From an uncultured Pelagibacteraceae bacterium (lineage in GTDB: Bacteria; Pseudomonadota; Alphaproteobacteria; Pelagibacterales; Pelagibacteraceae): a stretch of DNA of 64,000 nt. Both the position numbers and the translations under genes were made by a program. Below, piece after piece: positions 30,044 to 42,000 of this stretch. Where the stretch lies: NCBI GenBank assembly GCA_902598425.1, contig CACKBK010000003.1, positions 8,284 to 72,283 of the forward strand, given 5' to 3'. Within the stretch, counting starts at the first letter, position 1; the number at the start of each line of letters is the position of its first letter. The notes under the pieces are model-generated. The model worked only from the letters and a program-made list of their open reading frames with translations, was not told where the DNA came from and searched no databases.

Positions 30044-30706
30044 ATGGAAAAAGTTATTCAAAGAATTTTTGATAAATTTGATAATTCACAAAGCCATAGA
30101 ATAGAAAGAAAGATAAAAATTCCAAAATATCTATCAGAATTTTTAAAATTCGAATTTTTAAGAAATGGTTTTTTCAAACAATATGATGATAAAATTATAA
30201 ATTCAATTTATTTTGACGATAAATATTCAACCTTTTTTAAATCAAATTTAGATGGTGATTTTTTAAGAATAAAACCTAGATTAAGATGGTATGGTAAAGA
30301 TCTTCTAAACGTTAATCATGAGTTTAAAATAAAAAAGGGTTTCATAGGATTAAAAATTATTAACAATGAAATCTTAAAAAATATCTCGCAAACAGAAAAA
30401 ATCATAGAAAAATGTAATGAATATCATAACAAAGCTTTTAAATTAAAACTAAATGTATCTAGTTCAATTAAGTACCAGAGATCTTATTTTATCCACCCAT
30501 CAAGAATTAGATTAACTATCGACAGGAAGATTTTTTCAAAACAAGTTGGTGTTTCAAATTTTATTAATATGCCATTTGAGGTTATTGAGTTTAAATATAA
30601 GCCTGAATTAGATACTTTTTTTAGGAAAAATATATTCACAAAATTCAACAGGGTTTCTCTTAGAATGACCAAATGTTCGAAGTATTCTGAGTCAATGATG
30701 ATTTAA
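30044..30706 (+). CDS. VTC domain (polyphosphate polymerase-like, CYTH/TTM fold) protein
   Basis: RIERK, NSIYFD, KPRLRWYG, EFKIK, YQRSYF, RLTID, VIEFKY, SKY. Confidence 0.88.
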   Translation: MEKVIQRIFDKFDNSQSHRIERKIKIPKYLSEFLKFEFLRNGFFKQYDDKIINSIYFDDKYSTFFKSNLDGDFLRIKPRLRWYGKDLLNVNHEFKIKKGFIGLKIINNEILKNISQTEKIIEKCNEYHNKAFKLKLNVSSSIKYQRSYFIHPSRIRLTIDRKIFSKQVGVSNFINMPFEVIEFKYKPELDTFFRKNIFTKFNRVSLRMTKCSKYSESMMI

Positions 30707-31965
30707 TCTACTTTTTTGTTCAAGTGGAAAATGTTTGTTTTTGGATTGCAAGCATACATCAATGATAAATTTATCCAAAATAAAGTAGAATTAAAATCAC
30801 CAAAAAAAGAACCACTAGGTAATATTGGCAAAAAATTTATTATTAAATAAATTAAACAACCTAACTGAATATCATTTTTTGAAAAAATTATCGCATTTAA
30901 ATATTTAAAAACTAGAAAGAACAATAAACTTAAAAATATTAACGATCCCAATAGACCATGCTCAGATAATATTTCAAAATAAAACTGGTGTGGATGAGTG
31001 CTAACAAAATAGTTTTCATTTACTTTCTCTGTAACATTTTTAGATGTTACTACTCTATAATTTTTATTTCCAACACCAAATATTGGATAATCCTTAAAGA
31101 CTGCATATCCTGATTTATAAAGTTTCAAATATAAATTACCTTCAATATATTTTTCTCTTTTATCTTTATCAATGATTTGAGAAAATAATTGATTTCCATA
31201 TCTTACTTTTAAATAATCAGAGTTAAAAATTATAACTAAAGAAAAAAACATTACAGAAAGTACAGAAACAATCTTATTTCTCAAACTTATTTTCTGATTT
31301 AATAAAAAAAATAATAAAATTCCAAATATAGCTTTAATCCCATTTGATCTCTCTCCAGTCAAAAGAATACAGCTTAATAGAAATATAATTGATAAAAAAA
31401 ATATAATCTTTAATTTTAATTTTTGTTTAAATAATTTATGAGATAAATAACCTATTATAATAAATATAAAACCATTTAGGTATCCACCTACAATTGGTTC
31501 ATCTTTAAAAAAACTTACCACTCTTTCTTTATAAATGTCACCATAACCAAGTAAATTTTTTCCAAAAATTATTTCAATATAAGAGTCTAACGCAACAGTA
31601 AATATTATGATTGTCCAGACTATTAAAATTTGGTTTATATTTTTATATTTGTAAAAATAAAAATTGATAAATAAAAAAAGTAATACAAACCTCACAAATC
31701 CAAAATTTCTGGGCATGCTTTTTTCAAAATCAACAGCCACTAAGGAATTAAATATTAGGTAAAAATAAATGCAAATTAATATTATAAAGGTTGGATTTTT
31801 ATATAAATTATTATTATTTTTGTAAGGGGCATTTACTAAAAACAATAAACCTAGAAATAGAATATTAATTAAAGATATTGTTGGACCAATAATTATTGAC
31901 AAAGGTATTATAGAAAATAAGAAAATATAAAATTTTTCTAGTCTAATAAAATTCATGATAATCAA
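30703..31965 (-). CDS. O-antigen ligase family (Wzy_C/WaaL-like) membrane protein
   Basis: About 12 TMs; RVVSFF.DE, LTGERS, PIFGVG.KNYR, THPHQFYFEILSEHGLLG. Confidence 0.88.
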   Translation of the reverse strand: MIIMNFIRLEKFYIFLFSIIPLSIIIGPTISLINILFLGLLFLVNAPYKNNNNLYKNPTFIILICIYFYLIFNSLVAVDFEKSMPRNFGFVRFVLLFLFINFYFYKYKNINQILIVWTIIIFTVALDSYIEIIFGKNLLGYGDIYKERVVSFFKDEPIVGGYLNGFIFIIIGYLSHKLFKQKLKLKIIFFLSIIFLLSCILLTGERSNGIKAIFGILLFFLLNQKISLRNKIVSVLSVMFFSLVIIFNSDYLKVRYGNQLFSQIIDKDKREKYIEGNLYLKLYKSGYAVFKDYPIFGVGNKNYRVVTSKNVTEKVNENYFVSTHPHQFYFEILSEHGLLGSLIFLSLLFFLVFKYLNAIIFSKNDIQLGCLIYLIINFLPILPSGSFFGDFNSTLFWINLSLMYACNPKTNIFHLNKKVD

Positions 31966-32654
31966 ATAAATTCCCTACAGACAATTCGTTTTGACTTATG
32001 TAAAGTGTTATTATCTTCTTTTATAATTTCAACAAATTTGAAAATATTTTTGAAAAATTGAGGTCTTATAGTGTCAAATATTATAGCCGTATTTTTATTT
32101 GAACTCTGACTTAAATAACCCCTATAAATCTCAAAATCATAGTGAAAATCAAGCGAATACAGAGAGGTTATTACATCAAATTTTCTTGGTGGTAATTTTT
32201 GTTTATCATAATCGATTATCTCGTATTTTTTTTGATCAATCTTATTTTTTTGTAAAAATTCCTCTAAAAGTTTAAAGTTATTATATGCCTCAGAATTTTT
32301 ATTATCCCAACCATATCTAATTTTTTTTGATACGAAATTTCTTTCAATCATAGTAAAAGAAGACTCTTTAAAATTATTATTAATAATAACCTCTAATCCT
32401 CCCATGCCTGATCCTATGCTTAAAAATTTATTATTATCATTTAAAAACTCTTTTATTGTAAGAAATTCATTTTTCATAACGTTATAATAATTATATGAAA
32501 TTACTTTTGGATTAATTAAATATTTTGAAAAAATTCTTGAGAAGAGATATCTGCCAAATAGCTTTCTGATTTTTTTTAATCTTGGAGAAGCTAATTCTAT
32601 TCTTTGTAAAATAACAAGATGCGCAGCATCTCTACTTAAAACAAAAGATTGCAT
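31962..32654 (-). CDS. Putative class I SAM-dependent methyltransferase
   Basis: FLSIGSGMGG motif I, acidic residue at MIER, FDVITSLYSLDFHY. Confidence 0.65.
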   Translation of the reverse strand: MQSFVLSRDAAHLVILQRIELASPRLKKIRKLFGRYLFSRIFSKYLINPKVISYNYYNVMKNEFLTIKEFLNDNNKFLSIGSGMGGLEVIINNNFKESSFTMIERNFVSKKIRYGWDNKNSEAYNNFKLLEEFLQKNKIDQKKYEIIDYDKQKLPPRKFDVITSLYSLDFHYDFEIYRGYLSQSSNKNTAIIFDTIRPQFFKNIFKFVEIIKEDNNTLHKSKRIVCREFI

Positions 32655-32678
32655 TAGCTTTATTAATAATTTTTAATA

Positions 32679-34520
32679 TTAACTTTCTAGAAAACTTTTT
32701 AATTGTTTAGATCTACTTGGATGTTTTAGTTTTCTTAAAGCTTTTGCCTCAATTTGTCGAATTCTCTCTCTAGTGACTGAAAATTGTAATCCGACTTCCT
32801 CTAAAGTATGATCTGTATTCATTCCAACGCCAAATCTCATTCTTAAAACCCTTTCCTCTCTTGGAGTTAAAGTTGATAATATTTTTGTTGTGGCTTCACT
32901 TAAATTTGATTTGATGGCTTGTTCTAGAGGTGCTAATGCTTTTGTATCCTCTATAAAGTCACCTAGGCTACTATCTTCCTCATCTCCCACTGGTTTTTCT
33001 AAAGATACTGGTTCTTTCGAAATTTTTAAAACCTTTCTTACTTTCTCCAAAGGCATTCTTAATTTTTTAGCAAGCTCTTCTGGAGTTGCCTCTCTACCAA
33101 ACTCACTTAAAATCAATCTTTGGGTTCTCACAATTTTATTAATTGTTTCAATCATATGCACCGGTATTCTAATTGTTCTTGCTTGATCAGCAATTGATCT
33201 GGTAATTGCTTGTCTGATCCACCAAGTTGCGTAAGTTGAGAATTTATATCCTCTTCTATATTCAAATTTATCTACAGCTTTCATCAAACCAATATTTCCC
33301 TCTTGTATCAAATCTAAAAATTGAAGACCTCTATTAGTATATTTTTTTGCTATAGAAATAACTAATCTTAAATTTGCTTCAACCATCTCTTTTTTTGCTA
33401 TACGAGATTCTCTTTCTCCTTTTTGAATTCTACTAAGCATTTTTTTAAACTCAGTTACAGAAATTCCAAGTTTATTACTAATCTCAATTAATCTTTCTCT
33501 AATATTTTTAAATTCATCTTTATTTTTTTGAAAAAATTGTTTCCAAACAGAGTTTGTATCTAGGAATTTTTTTAAATTGGGATTTATTTCATTTCCAATG
33601 TAAAACTTTAAAAACTCATTTCTAGATATTTTTTGATCGAGAGCCAGTCTCAATAAATTACCCTCTAAAGAGATTATTTTTTTATTTTCGCCATAGTGTT
33701 TTTGAACTAATTCTTCTAGAACTGCGGGTGATAATTGTAATGATTTAATATTTTCTAAAATAAAACTGACTATTTTTTCGTAATTTTTTTCTTTTGATGA
33801 ACTAAAACTTTTTCCATCTAGTATACTTTGTAATCGTTCTTTTTGATATTTAATTAACTTGTTATACTCTTTTGTGAGAGCATGAATCGTTTTTAATACT
33901 TTCGGTTTTATCTCATTTTCCATTGCAGCCAAAGTAGGATTAAACTCATCTTCATCCACATTTGACTCTTCATTATTTTGATTTTCATTATTTGACTCTT
34001 CATTATCAGAATTTTTTTGTTTGTTCGATTGGGAAGTATTTTCATCTTCCATGTAGTTTGTATCAATATCAATAATTTCTCTTACAAGAATTTGATCAGT
34101 CTGCAATTTTTCATTCCATTCGAAAAACTGTTGTGCTGTTATAGGACTTTGAGATAACGCATTAAGCATAACATCTTTTCCAGCTTCAATTCTTTTTGCA
34201 ATAGCAATTTCACCTTCTCTGGAAAGAAGCTCCACTCCACCCATTTCTCTTAGATACATTCTTATTGGGTCATCACTTTTTTCTGAGGATTTACCCTCCT
34301 CTTTTGATTGGTTATCCCTTTTCTTAAGTACCTTAAAATCAGATTTTTTTTCAACTAAGGTAATTTTTTCATCAAGTATATGTATAAATGCTTGTGAAAG
34401 ATTTTGATCTGATAGATTTCTTTTTCCTAAAGATTTGCTAAGTTCTTCATATGTGATGAAACCTCTATGGACACCACGGCCCATTAATCTAGCAAAAGAT
34501 TTAGTAATAATTTTTTCCAC
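32679..34520 (-). CDS. rpoD: RNA polymerase primary sigma factor RpoD
   Basis: [57 protein letters not shown]; GTG start. Confidence 0.98.
   Translation of the reverse strand: MEKIITKSFARLMGRGVHRGFITYEELSKSLGKRNLSDQNLSQAFIHILDEKITLVEKKSDFKVLKKRDNQSKEEGKSSEKSDDPIRMYLREMGGVELLSREGEIAIAKRIEAGKDVMLNALSQSPITAQQFFEWNEKLQTDQILVREIIDIDTNYMEDENTSQSNKQKNSDNEESNNENQNNEESNVDEDEFNPTLAAMENEIKPKVLKTIHALTKEYNKLIKYQKERLQSILDGKSFSSSKEKNYEKIVSFILENIKSLQLSPAVLEELVQKHYGENKKIISLEGNLLRLALDQKISRNEFLKFYIGNEINPNLKKFLDTNSVWKQFFQKNKDEFKNIRERLIEISNKLGISVTEFKKMLSRIQKGERESRIAKKEMVEANLRLVISIAKKYTNRGLQFLDLIQEGNIGLMKAVDKFEYRRGYKFSTYATWWIRQAITRSIADQARTIRIPVHMIETINKIVRTQRLILSEFGREATPEELAKKLRMPLEKVRKVLKISKEPVSLEKPVGDEEDSSLGDFIEDTKALAPLEQAIKSNLSEATTKILSTLTPREERVLRMRFGVGMNTDHTLEEVGLQFSVTRERIRQIEAKALRKLKHPSRSKQLKSFLES
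33961..34006. repeat. 16-bp direct repeat with 30-bp period inside rpoD (NEESN twice in the acidic linker)
   Basis: TTTGACTCTTCATTAT at 33961 and 33991. Confidence 0.7.
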
Positions 34521-34587
34521 AATTTTAAAGTTTGAAGGACTCTATATAATAGCAAATTTTAAAAAATCTATGTCTAAATTCTCTGTT

Positions 34588-36360
34588 TTAATTGGTATTT
34601 TGCAATTTTTTTAATTCAATTATCTTATTAAACGTATTTTCACTTAAATCTTGAGAAAATTTCGATTCTAAATCACTTATCTGAATATCTATAGATATAT
34701 TATTGAGATCTTTTTTCATTTCCTCAAAAATTTCAATTAGCTTTGTTTCGTCTTTCTTAACATTTTCAGATATATGTTTTATTGATGCGAACTTGTTAAT
34801 CTTATCAAGAAATCTATTATCAATATCCAAATTACTTTTATCAAGATCGCTTGATGAAGCTATAAATTCTTTTAAATAAGACAATACTTTATTCCCCTGA
34901 TCAGAGATGAATATTAAGTTATCAAACAAATTTTCTCTCTTTTGAAAAAAATTCAAATTATTTATTATTAAATATAATAAAGAAAATTCTTGAATATCCG
35001 CTTTACTTAAAGATTTACTCTCGTTAATTATTTTTTTTGTTGTACTTAAAGAAGCGACATGCTTGATTGCATATTTTTTTCCTCTCGTTAAGTTTGGCGT
35101 AAGTTCATTAATTTTACCAATAAAATAATCTAATATATATTTTCTTATAAATTCATCTTTTATTTGTTTTGCTAATTCTCTTAGTCGTTTTTCAAATACA
35201 GCTAAAGATGACGGAGAATTGGTTGATTGCTTTTTAAAGTGTTCGAATAAAAAAATGTGAATAGGGACTTTTTTTTCTCTGTAATAGTTTAGAAATTCCT
35301 CTTTTCCTTTGTTATTAACAAAACTATCTGGATCCTCTCCACTAGGCAGAAAAAGAAATGATATTTGTTTCTCTGGTTTAAGTTCTTTAATAGAGTTTTC
35401 AGCAGCTCTTACTGCTGCTCTATATCCACTTTCATCAGAGTCAAAACAGATTACGATTTCATTAAAAAATTGATTTAAAATAGAAATTTGTCTATCAGTT
35501 AGAGCAGTACCTAGATTTGCAACACAATTCTCTATTTTATTTTTTGTCAAACCAATTACATCCATATATCCCTCTACTAAAAAAACCTGCTCGTTTGAAT
35601 TTGAAAACTTTCTTGCCTTATCTAAATTATATAAATGATTACCTTTTTTAAAAAATTTCGTTTCAGGTGAGTTTACGTATTTTGCTAGATAGGTCTCCTT
35701 TTTAATGACTCTTCCGCCAGCAGCAATAAATTGTCCAGTTATAGATTTTATTGGAAAAATTAATCTTCCTCTAAATCTTTCAACATGCTCTTTATTTTTT
35801 TCATCAAAATAAAAAAGCCCACTATCCTTCAAGTCTTTTTCTTTAAATTTATTTAACAATTCTTGATAAAAATTTTTTTTATTCCTTACATAACCTAGGT
35901 CAAAATTTTTTACATCATTAGAGTTTAAATTTCTGTTTTTAAGGTAATCTCTTACTTCATTCAAATCTGGATTTTTAAGAAGTTCTTCATTATGATATTC
36001 AATATAATCTTTGTAAATTTGAGAATAATTTTTCCAATCATTTTCTCTTTCTTCGTCAGCTTTAGAAAATGTGTAAGGTTGCATGCCTGCATAGTTAGCT
36101 AAAGTTTTAACTGCCTCACCAAATTTTAAATTTTGTGTTTTCATCATAAAATCAAAAATATTTCCATGTTCACTTGTGCTAAAGCAGTGATAAAATCCTT
36201 TCTCATCATTTACGGTAAAAGATGGAGTTTTCTCATTTTTAAAAGGTGACAATCCAATAAATTCTTTACCTCTTTTTTTCAAACTAACTGACTTAGATAC
36301 TACTGTCGAGACTTTCAGTCTTGTTTTAATTTCATCTAAATATTCTTTAGGATATTTCAT
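34588..36360 (-). CDS. dnaG: DNA primase
   Basis: SPFKNEKTPSF zinc-ribbon variant, FRGRLIFPI, KYVNSPET, EGYMDV, FDSDESG, DPD. Confidence 0.97.
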   Translation of the reverse strand: MKYPKEYLDEIKTRLKVSTVVSKSVSLKKRGKEFIGLSPFKNEKTPSFTVNDEKGFYHCFSTSEHGNIFDFMMKTQNLKFGEAVKTLANYAGMQPYTFSKADEERENDWKNYSQIYKDYIEYHNEELLKNPDLNEVRDYLKNRNLNSNDVKNFDLGYVRNKKNFYQELLNKFKEKDLKDSGLFYFDEKNKEHVERFRGRLIFPIKSITGQFIAAGGRVIKKETYLAKYVNSPETKFFKKGNHLYNLDKARKFSNSNEQVFLVEGYMDVIGLTKNKIENCVANLGTALTDRQISILNQFFNEIVICFDSDESGYRAAVRAAENSIKELKPEKQISFLFLPSGEDPDSFVNNKGKEEFLNYYREKKVPIHIFLFEHFKKQSTNSPSSLAVFEKRLRELAKQIKDEFIRKYILDYFIGKINELTPNLTRGKKYAIKHVASLSTTKKIINESKSLSKADIQEFSLLYLIINNLNFFQKRENLFDNLIFISDQGNKVLSYLKEFIASSSDLDKSNLDIDNRFLDKINKFASIKHISENVKKDETKLIEIFEEMKKDLNNISIDIQISDLESKFSQDLSENTFNKIIELKKLQNTN

Positions 36361-36821
36361 TTCTTGTTTAAAATTTCTTTTATAATCTTGCCTGCTAAAG
36401 AAAAGTCTACACTGTCCGAATGATTTTTTTTTAGTTCGCCCATTACTTTTCCCATATCCTTTAAGGATGAGGCATTTATTTTATTAATAACTTCTTCACA
36501 TAGTTTTTTTGTATCATCTTCACTCAACTGTTTTGGTAAATACTCTGACATTATATTTACTTCATTCTCCTCAATTTGAAGAAGGTCTTGTCTATTATTT
36601 TTTTTATAAATTTCGATTGATTCGGTTCGTTGCTTTATCATCTTTCTTAATAATTTTTTAATATCATCATCATCTGTATCTTTTTTGTTAGGTCCAGATC
36701 TGTTTTGAATATCGAGGTCTTTAAGACCAGATAATATTAACCTGTAAGTTGATATTTTATTTTTATCTTTAGATTTAAGAGCATTTTTATACTCGTCATC
36801 AATTTTTTCTCTAAGTGACAT
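36357..36821 (-). CDS. GatB/YqeY domain protein
   Basis: KMIKQRTES, YLPKQLS, KDMGKVMG; upstream of dnaG. Confidence 0.92.
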   Translation of the reverse strand: MSLREKIDDEYKNALKSKDKNKISTYRLILSGLKDLDIQNRSGPNKKDTDDDDIKKLLRKMIKQRTESIEIYKKNNRQDLLQIEENEVNIMSEYLPKQLSEDDTKKLCEEVINKINASSLKDMGKVMGELKKNHSDSVDFSLAGKIIKEILNKK

Positions 36822-36895
36822 AAAAGTAATTTAACTTAAAGAATATTTGCTTAAAAGAAAAATTGTTTTTTTTTATAAATTTTGTATTAGATCTG

Positions 36896-36924
36896 TTGCG
36901 TTAGATAAGCTTTTATTGTATTAA
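36896..36924 (+). promoter_or_regulatory. Putative carAB promoter
   Basis: TTGCGT, 17 nt, TATTAA in the yqeY/carA divergent gap. Confidence 0.4.
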
Positions 36925-36945
36925 CCTTTAACTCATGAGTTGTAA

Positions 36946-38139
36946 TTGATCAAAAAACGAAAAGTAAACTCAACAAATAAATCAAAATTTAACCCAGGCA
37001 TTTTAGTTCTCGAGAATAGGTCCATTTTTAATGGAATTGGAATAGGTTATGAAGGCACAGCTACTGGTGAAGTGTGTTTTAATACCTCTATCACTGGATA
37101 CCAGGAAATAATTTCTGACCCTTCATACGCAGGACAAATAATTAATTTTACTTTTCCACACATTGGAAATGTTGGAACAAACAAACAAGATAACGAATCA
37201 GAAAAAGTCTGGACAAAAGGGGTGATTTTCAACTCAGAAATAACCGATCCATCAAATTATAGATCATTAATGGAATTAGATTTATGGCTTAAAAAAAATA
37301 AAATAGTTGGTTTGACTGGTTTAGATACTAGAGGTTTGACAAATTTTATTAGAGATAATGGGGCACCAAGAGGAACCATTTCAAACGATAGGAATGGGAA
37401 CTTTGGAATTAAAAAATTAATTAAAAATACTTTAAAATGGCCAGGTCTTAATGGTTTGGATTTGGCAAAAACAGTTTCTACTAAAAATAAGTTCTCCTGG
37501 AAAGGTTTTAAGACATGGACTAAAGAAGATGGATATAAAAAAATTAAAAAGAAAAAACTTAAGATAGTTGCAATCGATTACGGAATAAAAACAAATATTT
37601 TAAGGTATTTTTCTAATTTTTATTGCGATGTAACAGTCGTGCCTTGCCAAATGAGCGCTGAAGATATTTTGGCCCTTAATCCAAGTGGAATTTTTTTATC
37701 AAATGGGCCGGGTGATCCTGCCGCAACTGGTACGTATGCTATAAAAATTATAAAAAATCTTATTAATAAAAATTTACCAGTTTTTGGAATTTGTTTGGGT
37801 CATCAGCTATTAGCTTTAGCGTTAGGTGGAAAAACAAAAAAAATGAAATTAGGACATAGAGGTGCAAATCATCCAGTTAAAAACCTGATCAATAATAAAG
37901 TTGAAATAACTAGTCAAAATCATGGATTTGAGGTTACGAAAAATAATTTACCAAAAAATATTGAGATAACTCATAAATCTCTGTTTGATAATAGTATAGA
38001 GGGCATAAAATTAAAAAATAAACCTGTCTTTTCTGTACAATATCATCCTGAGTCTAATCCTGGTCCACAAGATAGTCGCTACTTATTCAGTAATTTTATA
38101 AATGAAGTTAAAAAATATGCCAAAAAGAAAAGATATTAA
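36946..38139 (+). CDS. carA: Carbamoyl-phosphate synthase small subunit
   Basis: [38 protein letters not shown]. Confidence 0.97.
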   Translation: MIKKRKVNSTNKSKFNPGILVLENRSIFNGIGIGYEGTATGEVCFNTSITGYQEIISDPSYAGQIINFTFPHIGNVGTNKQDNESEKVWTKGVIFNSEITDPSNYRSLMELDLWLKKNKIVGLTGLDTRGLTNFIRDNGAPRGTISNDRNGNFGIKKLIKNTLKWPGLNGLDLAKTVSTKNKFSWKGFKTWTKEDGYKKIKKKKLKIVAIDYGIKTNILRYFSNFYCDVTVVPCQMSAEDILALNPSGIFLSNGPGDPAATGTYAIKIIKNLINKNLPVFGICLGHQLLALALGGKTKKMKLGHRGANHPVKNLINNKVEITSQNHGFEVTKNNLPKNIEITHKSLFDNSIEGIKLKNKPVFSVQYHPESNPGPQDSRYLFSNFINEVKKYAKKKRY

Positions 38140-41100
38140 AAAAATTTTAGTTATTGGAGCTGGACCGATCATTATTGGTCAAGCATGTGAATTTGATTAT
38201 TCAGGATCACAAGCATGTAAAGCACTTAAGGATGAAGGTTACAAAGTTATTTTAGTCAATTCTAATCCTGCAACTATTATGACAGATCCTGGCGTTGCAG
38301 ACAAAACATATATTGAGCCAATATCTGTAGAAGTGCTTGAAGAAATTATTAAAAAAGAAAAACCTCACGCTATTCTCCCAACGATGGGTGGCCAAACTGC
38401 CCTTAACTTAGCCTTAAAAGCAGAAAATTTAGGAATACTTAAAAAGTATAAAATAGAGCTTATTGGAGCAAATTCAAAAGCAATTGCTAACGCAGAGGAT
38501 AGAAAAAAATTTAGAAAAAATATGTCTGACATTGGTATTGATTTACCTAAATCCGAGATACTTAATAATTTTAAACATGCATCAAAGTGTTTAAAAAAAA
38601 TTGGTCTTCCTGCAATTATAAGACCTTCATTTACCTTAGGTGGTCTTGGTGGAGGTATTGCAAGGACTAAAAAAGAATTTTTTAAAATCGTTAAAGGTGG
38701 GCTGTATGAATCTCCACAAAATCAAGTTCTCGTAGAGGAATGCCTTGATGGGTGGAAAGAATTTGAAATGGAAGTTGTTAGAGATAAAAATGATAATTGC
38801 ATAATAATTTGTTCAATCGAAAATATTGACCCAATGGGCACTCATACTGGGGACTCTGTAACAATAGCACCAGCATTAACATTAACTGATAAAGAATATC
38901 AAGTGATGAGAAATGCTTCTATTGCTTGTCTTAGAAAAATTGGAGTTGAAACAGGCGGTTCTAATGTTCAATTCGCTATAAATCCAAAAAATGGAAGAAT
39001 GGTAATTATAGAGATGAATCCTCGTGTATCACGATCATCGGCTCTTGCTTCAAAAGCAACGGGTTTTCCAATTGCAAAAGTAGCTGCAAAATTAGCAATA
39101 GGTTATACATTAGATGAACTTCAAAACGAAATTACCAAAGTAACACCTGCCTCATTCGAGCCAACTATTGATTATGTGGTTACAAAAATTCCAAGATTTA
39201 CGTTTGAAAAATTTCAAGATACTAAACCAATTTTAGGTACCTCAATGAGATCTGTAGGAGAGGCTATGGCAATTGGTAGAAATTTTAAAGAGTCTTTTCA
39301 AAAAGCTTTGGTTTCTCTTGAGACTGGTCTATCTGGTTTAGATAATTTATTTCATTATTCAAAAAAAGAAATTTTAAAACAATTAAAGATCAATGTACCT
39401 GATAAATTATTGTTGGTTGCAGAAGCATTTAGAAAAAAAATTTCGATAGAGAAAATTTACAAGTTATCAAAAATTGATCCTTGGTTTTTGGGTCAAATAA
39501 AAGAAATTGTTGAGGAAGAAAATAAAATTATCAAATTTGGTTTACCGAGAAACTTTGTGGAATTCAATCGAATAAAGTCTTTAGGATTTTCTGACAAAAG
39601 GTTAGGTAAGCTTACTGGGATACAGGAAAAAATTTTACAAAGAAAAAGAGCTGCGCTTAAAGTAATGCCAGTGTTTAAAAAGGTAGATACTTGTGCTGCT
39701 GAATTTAAGTCCTATACCCCTTACATGTATTCAACCTATCAGCGAAACTTTTCAATTAAAACAGAGTGTGAAGCAGACCCAAGCAGCAAAAGAAAGATTA
39801 TAATACTTGGGGGTGGTCCAAATAGAATTGGGCAAGGTATTGAGTTTGACTATTGTTGTTGTCAGGCAAGCTTTGCTTTGAAAGAGGCAGGGTTTGAAAC
39901 AATAATGATAAATTGTAACCCTGAAACAGTTTCGACAGACTACGACACTAGTGATAGACTTTATTTTGAACCTCTAATTGATGAATATGTACAAAATATA
40001 ATTTTAAAGGAAAAATCTAAAGGAAATCTAGTTGGAATAATTGCTCAATTTGGTGGTCAAACACCAATTAAGCTTGCAAAGTTCTTGCACGAAAATAATT
40101 TACCTATTCTAGGTACACAATATTCATCCATAGATCTTGCGGAAGATAGAGATAGATTTAGAGACTTATTAATAAGACTCAATTTAAAGCAAGCCGAAAG
40201 TGGAATTGCAGATAAATATGATAAAGCAATACTAATAGCTAAAAAAATTGGATTACCAGTAGTTGTTCGTCCCTCGTATGTTTTGGGTGGTAGGGCGATG
40301 GAAATTGTTCATGATGAAAAACAATTAAAAGAATTTATTAATCAAGCTTTTAAGGCATCAGATAACAATCCAATTTTAATCGATAAATTTATAGATAACG
40401 CAATGGAAGTTGATGTCGATGCAATATGTGATGGAAAAGATGTTTATGTAGCAGGCATTATGCAACATATTGAAGAAGCAGGAATACATTCAGGTGACTC
40501 AGCTTGTTGTTTGCCTCCAGTATCAATCAAAGACAGTATTCTCAAGGAAATAAAAATTCAAACAAGAAAATTGGCTTTAGCCTTAAAAGTTAAGGGACTG
40601 CTAAATATTCAATTTGCGATTAAAAAGGACGAAGTTTATGTAATTGAAGTTAATCCTAGAGCAAGTAGAACTGTTCCTTTTGTATCAAAAGCTAATGGCG
40701 TACCACTAGCGAAAATTGCTTCAAGAATAATGGCAGGCGAAAAGCTTTCTCAGTATAAATTAAAATATAAAACAAATAAAAAATTTGCTGTTAAAGAAGC
40801 TGTTTTTCCTTTTAATAAATTTCCTGATAGTGATTTATTACTTGGTCCAGAAATGAAATCTACTGGAGAAGTTATGGGTTTTGATTACGATTTTGGGATG
40901 GCGGTCGCAAAAAGTCAAATTGCTGCCTCTAATTCTCTCCCAGTAAGTGGCATGGCATTTTTATCAGTCAAAGACTCTCATAAACAGGAGATAATAGGGG
41001 TTGCGCAAAGACTCAAAAAATTAGGTTTTGGTATTTCTGGAACAAAAGGCACTGCAAAAATTTTAAAAGATAATGGAATTAAGTGCAAAACTATTAACAA

Positions 41101-41341
41101 AGTAAGTAGTGGGCGACCACACATAGTAGATGTTTTAAATGCAAAAAAAATATCTTTGGTGATTAATACTGGGGGTGGAAATAGTGAACATAGAATTGAC
41201 GACGCAAGGGCATTAAGAAGAGGAACATTGGCAAACAAAGTTCCTTACTGCACAAATATGTCGACAGCTTATTCATTTCTTGAAGCTATAAAATCACTTA
41301 AAACCAAAAAGTTAGAGGTTAAATCCTTACAGGACAACTAA
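38117..41341 (+). CDS. carB: Carbamoyl-phosphate synthase large subunit
   Basis: MPKRKD start at 38117, [40 protein letters not shown] domain. Confidence 0.98.
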   Translation: MPKRKDIKKILVIGAGPIIIGQACEFDYSGSQACKALKDEGYKVILVNSNPATIMTDPGVADKTYIEPISVEVLEEIIKKEKPHAILPTMGGQTALNLALKAENLGILKKYKIELIGANSKAIANAEDRKKFRKNMSDIGIDLPKSEILNNFKHASKCLKKIGLPAIIRPSFTLGGLGGGIARTKKEFFKIVKGGLYESPQNQVLVEECLDGWKEFEMEVVRDKNDNCIIICSIENIDPMGTHTGDSVTIAPALTLTDKEYQVMRNASIACLRKIGVETGGSNVQFAINPKNGRMVIIEMNPRVSRSSALASKATGFPIAKVAAKLAIGYTLDELQNEITKVTPASFEPTIDYVVTKIPRFTFEKFQDTKPILGTSMRSVGEAMAIGRNFKESFQKALVSLETGLSGLDNLFHYSKKEILKQLKINVPDKLLLVAEAFRKKISIEKIYKLSKIDPWFLGQIKEIVEEENKIIKFGLPRNFVEFNRIKSLGFSDKRLGKLTGIQEKILQRKRAALKVMPVFKKVDTCAAEFKSYTPYMYSTYQRNFSIKTECEADPSSKRKIIILGGGPNRIGQGIEFDYCCCQASFALKEAGFETIMINCNPETVSTDYDTSDRLYFEPLIDEYVQNIILKEKSKGNLVGIIAQFGGQTPIKLAKFLHENNLPILGTQYSSIDLAEDRDRFRDLLIRLNLKQAESGIADKYDKAILIAKKIGLPVVVRPSYVLGGRAMEIVHDEKQLKEFINQAFKASDNNPILIDKFIDNAMEVDVDAICDGKDVYVAGIMQHIEEAGIHSGDSACCLPPVSIKDSILKEIKIQTRKLALALKVKGLLNIQFAIKKDEVYVIEVNPRASRTVPFVSKANGVPLAKIASRIMAGEKLSQYKLKYKTNKKFAVKEAVFPFNKFPDSDLLLGPEMKSTGEVMGFDYDFGMAVAKSQIAASNSLPVSGMAFLSVKDSHKQEIIGVAQRLKKLGFGISGTKGTAKILKDNGIKCKTINKVSSGRPHIVDVLNAKKISLVINTGGGNSEHRIDDARALRRGTLANKVPYCTNMSTAYSFLEAIKSLKTKKLEVKSLQDN

Positions 41342-42000
41342 TCCACCTTCCAATCAGTTTCAAATGTTACATAGTTCACCTGTAAACATCTTCTTTCTTT
41401 TGATATTTCTTTTTTTTCCATACCATGCCAAGTGCCTGGGCCACTTGTGAAGAAGTATCCATAATTATCTTTATAGGGCATTGTTTTTACTTTTTTTAAA
41501 TTATTATCATAAAAATCAGTGCCTAAATCCTCACTTTCATTTGTTTTATTTACAAATAATAAACAGGACATTAATTTTTCCTCAATATCGCAATGTGGTT
41601 TCAGCCAAAACCCTTTTCTATCACATATAACTTCTACCCTTATGTATGAATTAGACAGGTCTTTCCCCACGAGTTTTGAAACTTTTTCATAAGTATTTTT
41701 ACTTTGCAATTCTTTAATTAGCTTCATTAAGTGTGGAAATTCTGTGGAATTTTCTTTGGTTACAAAACATCTAAACTTAAGTGCTTTCCCTCCATGAGAA
41801 AGTCCTTTTCTAAACTCTGGAGCACCTCCATCAATAGCTCTTGTACCATCATAATTTAGATCGTGGTCAATTGGATTTGCTATATCGGCATTAACTATTT
41901 CATTTATTTGTCCATCAGTTAGAGGTTTATCTAATTCCCAATGTAAAAATGGATGCTCAAATTTTTTTGAATTATTTTCAATAGATTTTAGAAATGACAT
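41338..42000 (-). CDS. 2OG-Fe(II) oxygenase superfamily protein
   Basis: WLKPHCD (HxD), [12 protein letters not shown]. Confidence 0.8.
   Translation of the reverse strand: MSFLKSIENNSKKFEHPFLHWELDKPLTDGQINEIVNADIANPIDHDLNYDGTRAIDGGAPEFRKGLSHGGKALKFRCFVTKENSTEFPHLMKLIKELQSKNTYEKVSKLVGKDLSNSYIRVEVICDRKGFWLKPHCDIEEKLMSCLLFVNKTNESEDLGTDFYDNNLKKVKTMPYKDNYGYFFTSGPGTWHGMEKKEISKERRCLQVNYVTFETDWKVD

Noticed and set aside
25640-32680. Prophage or integrative element at tRNA-Ile2
   Set aside because: No integrase, att duplication or phage genes visible
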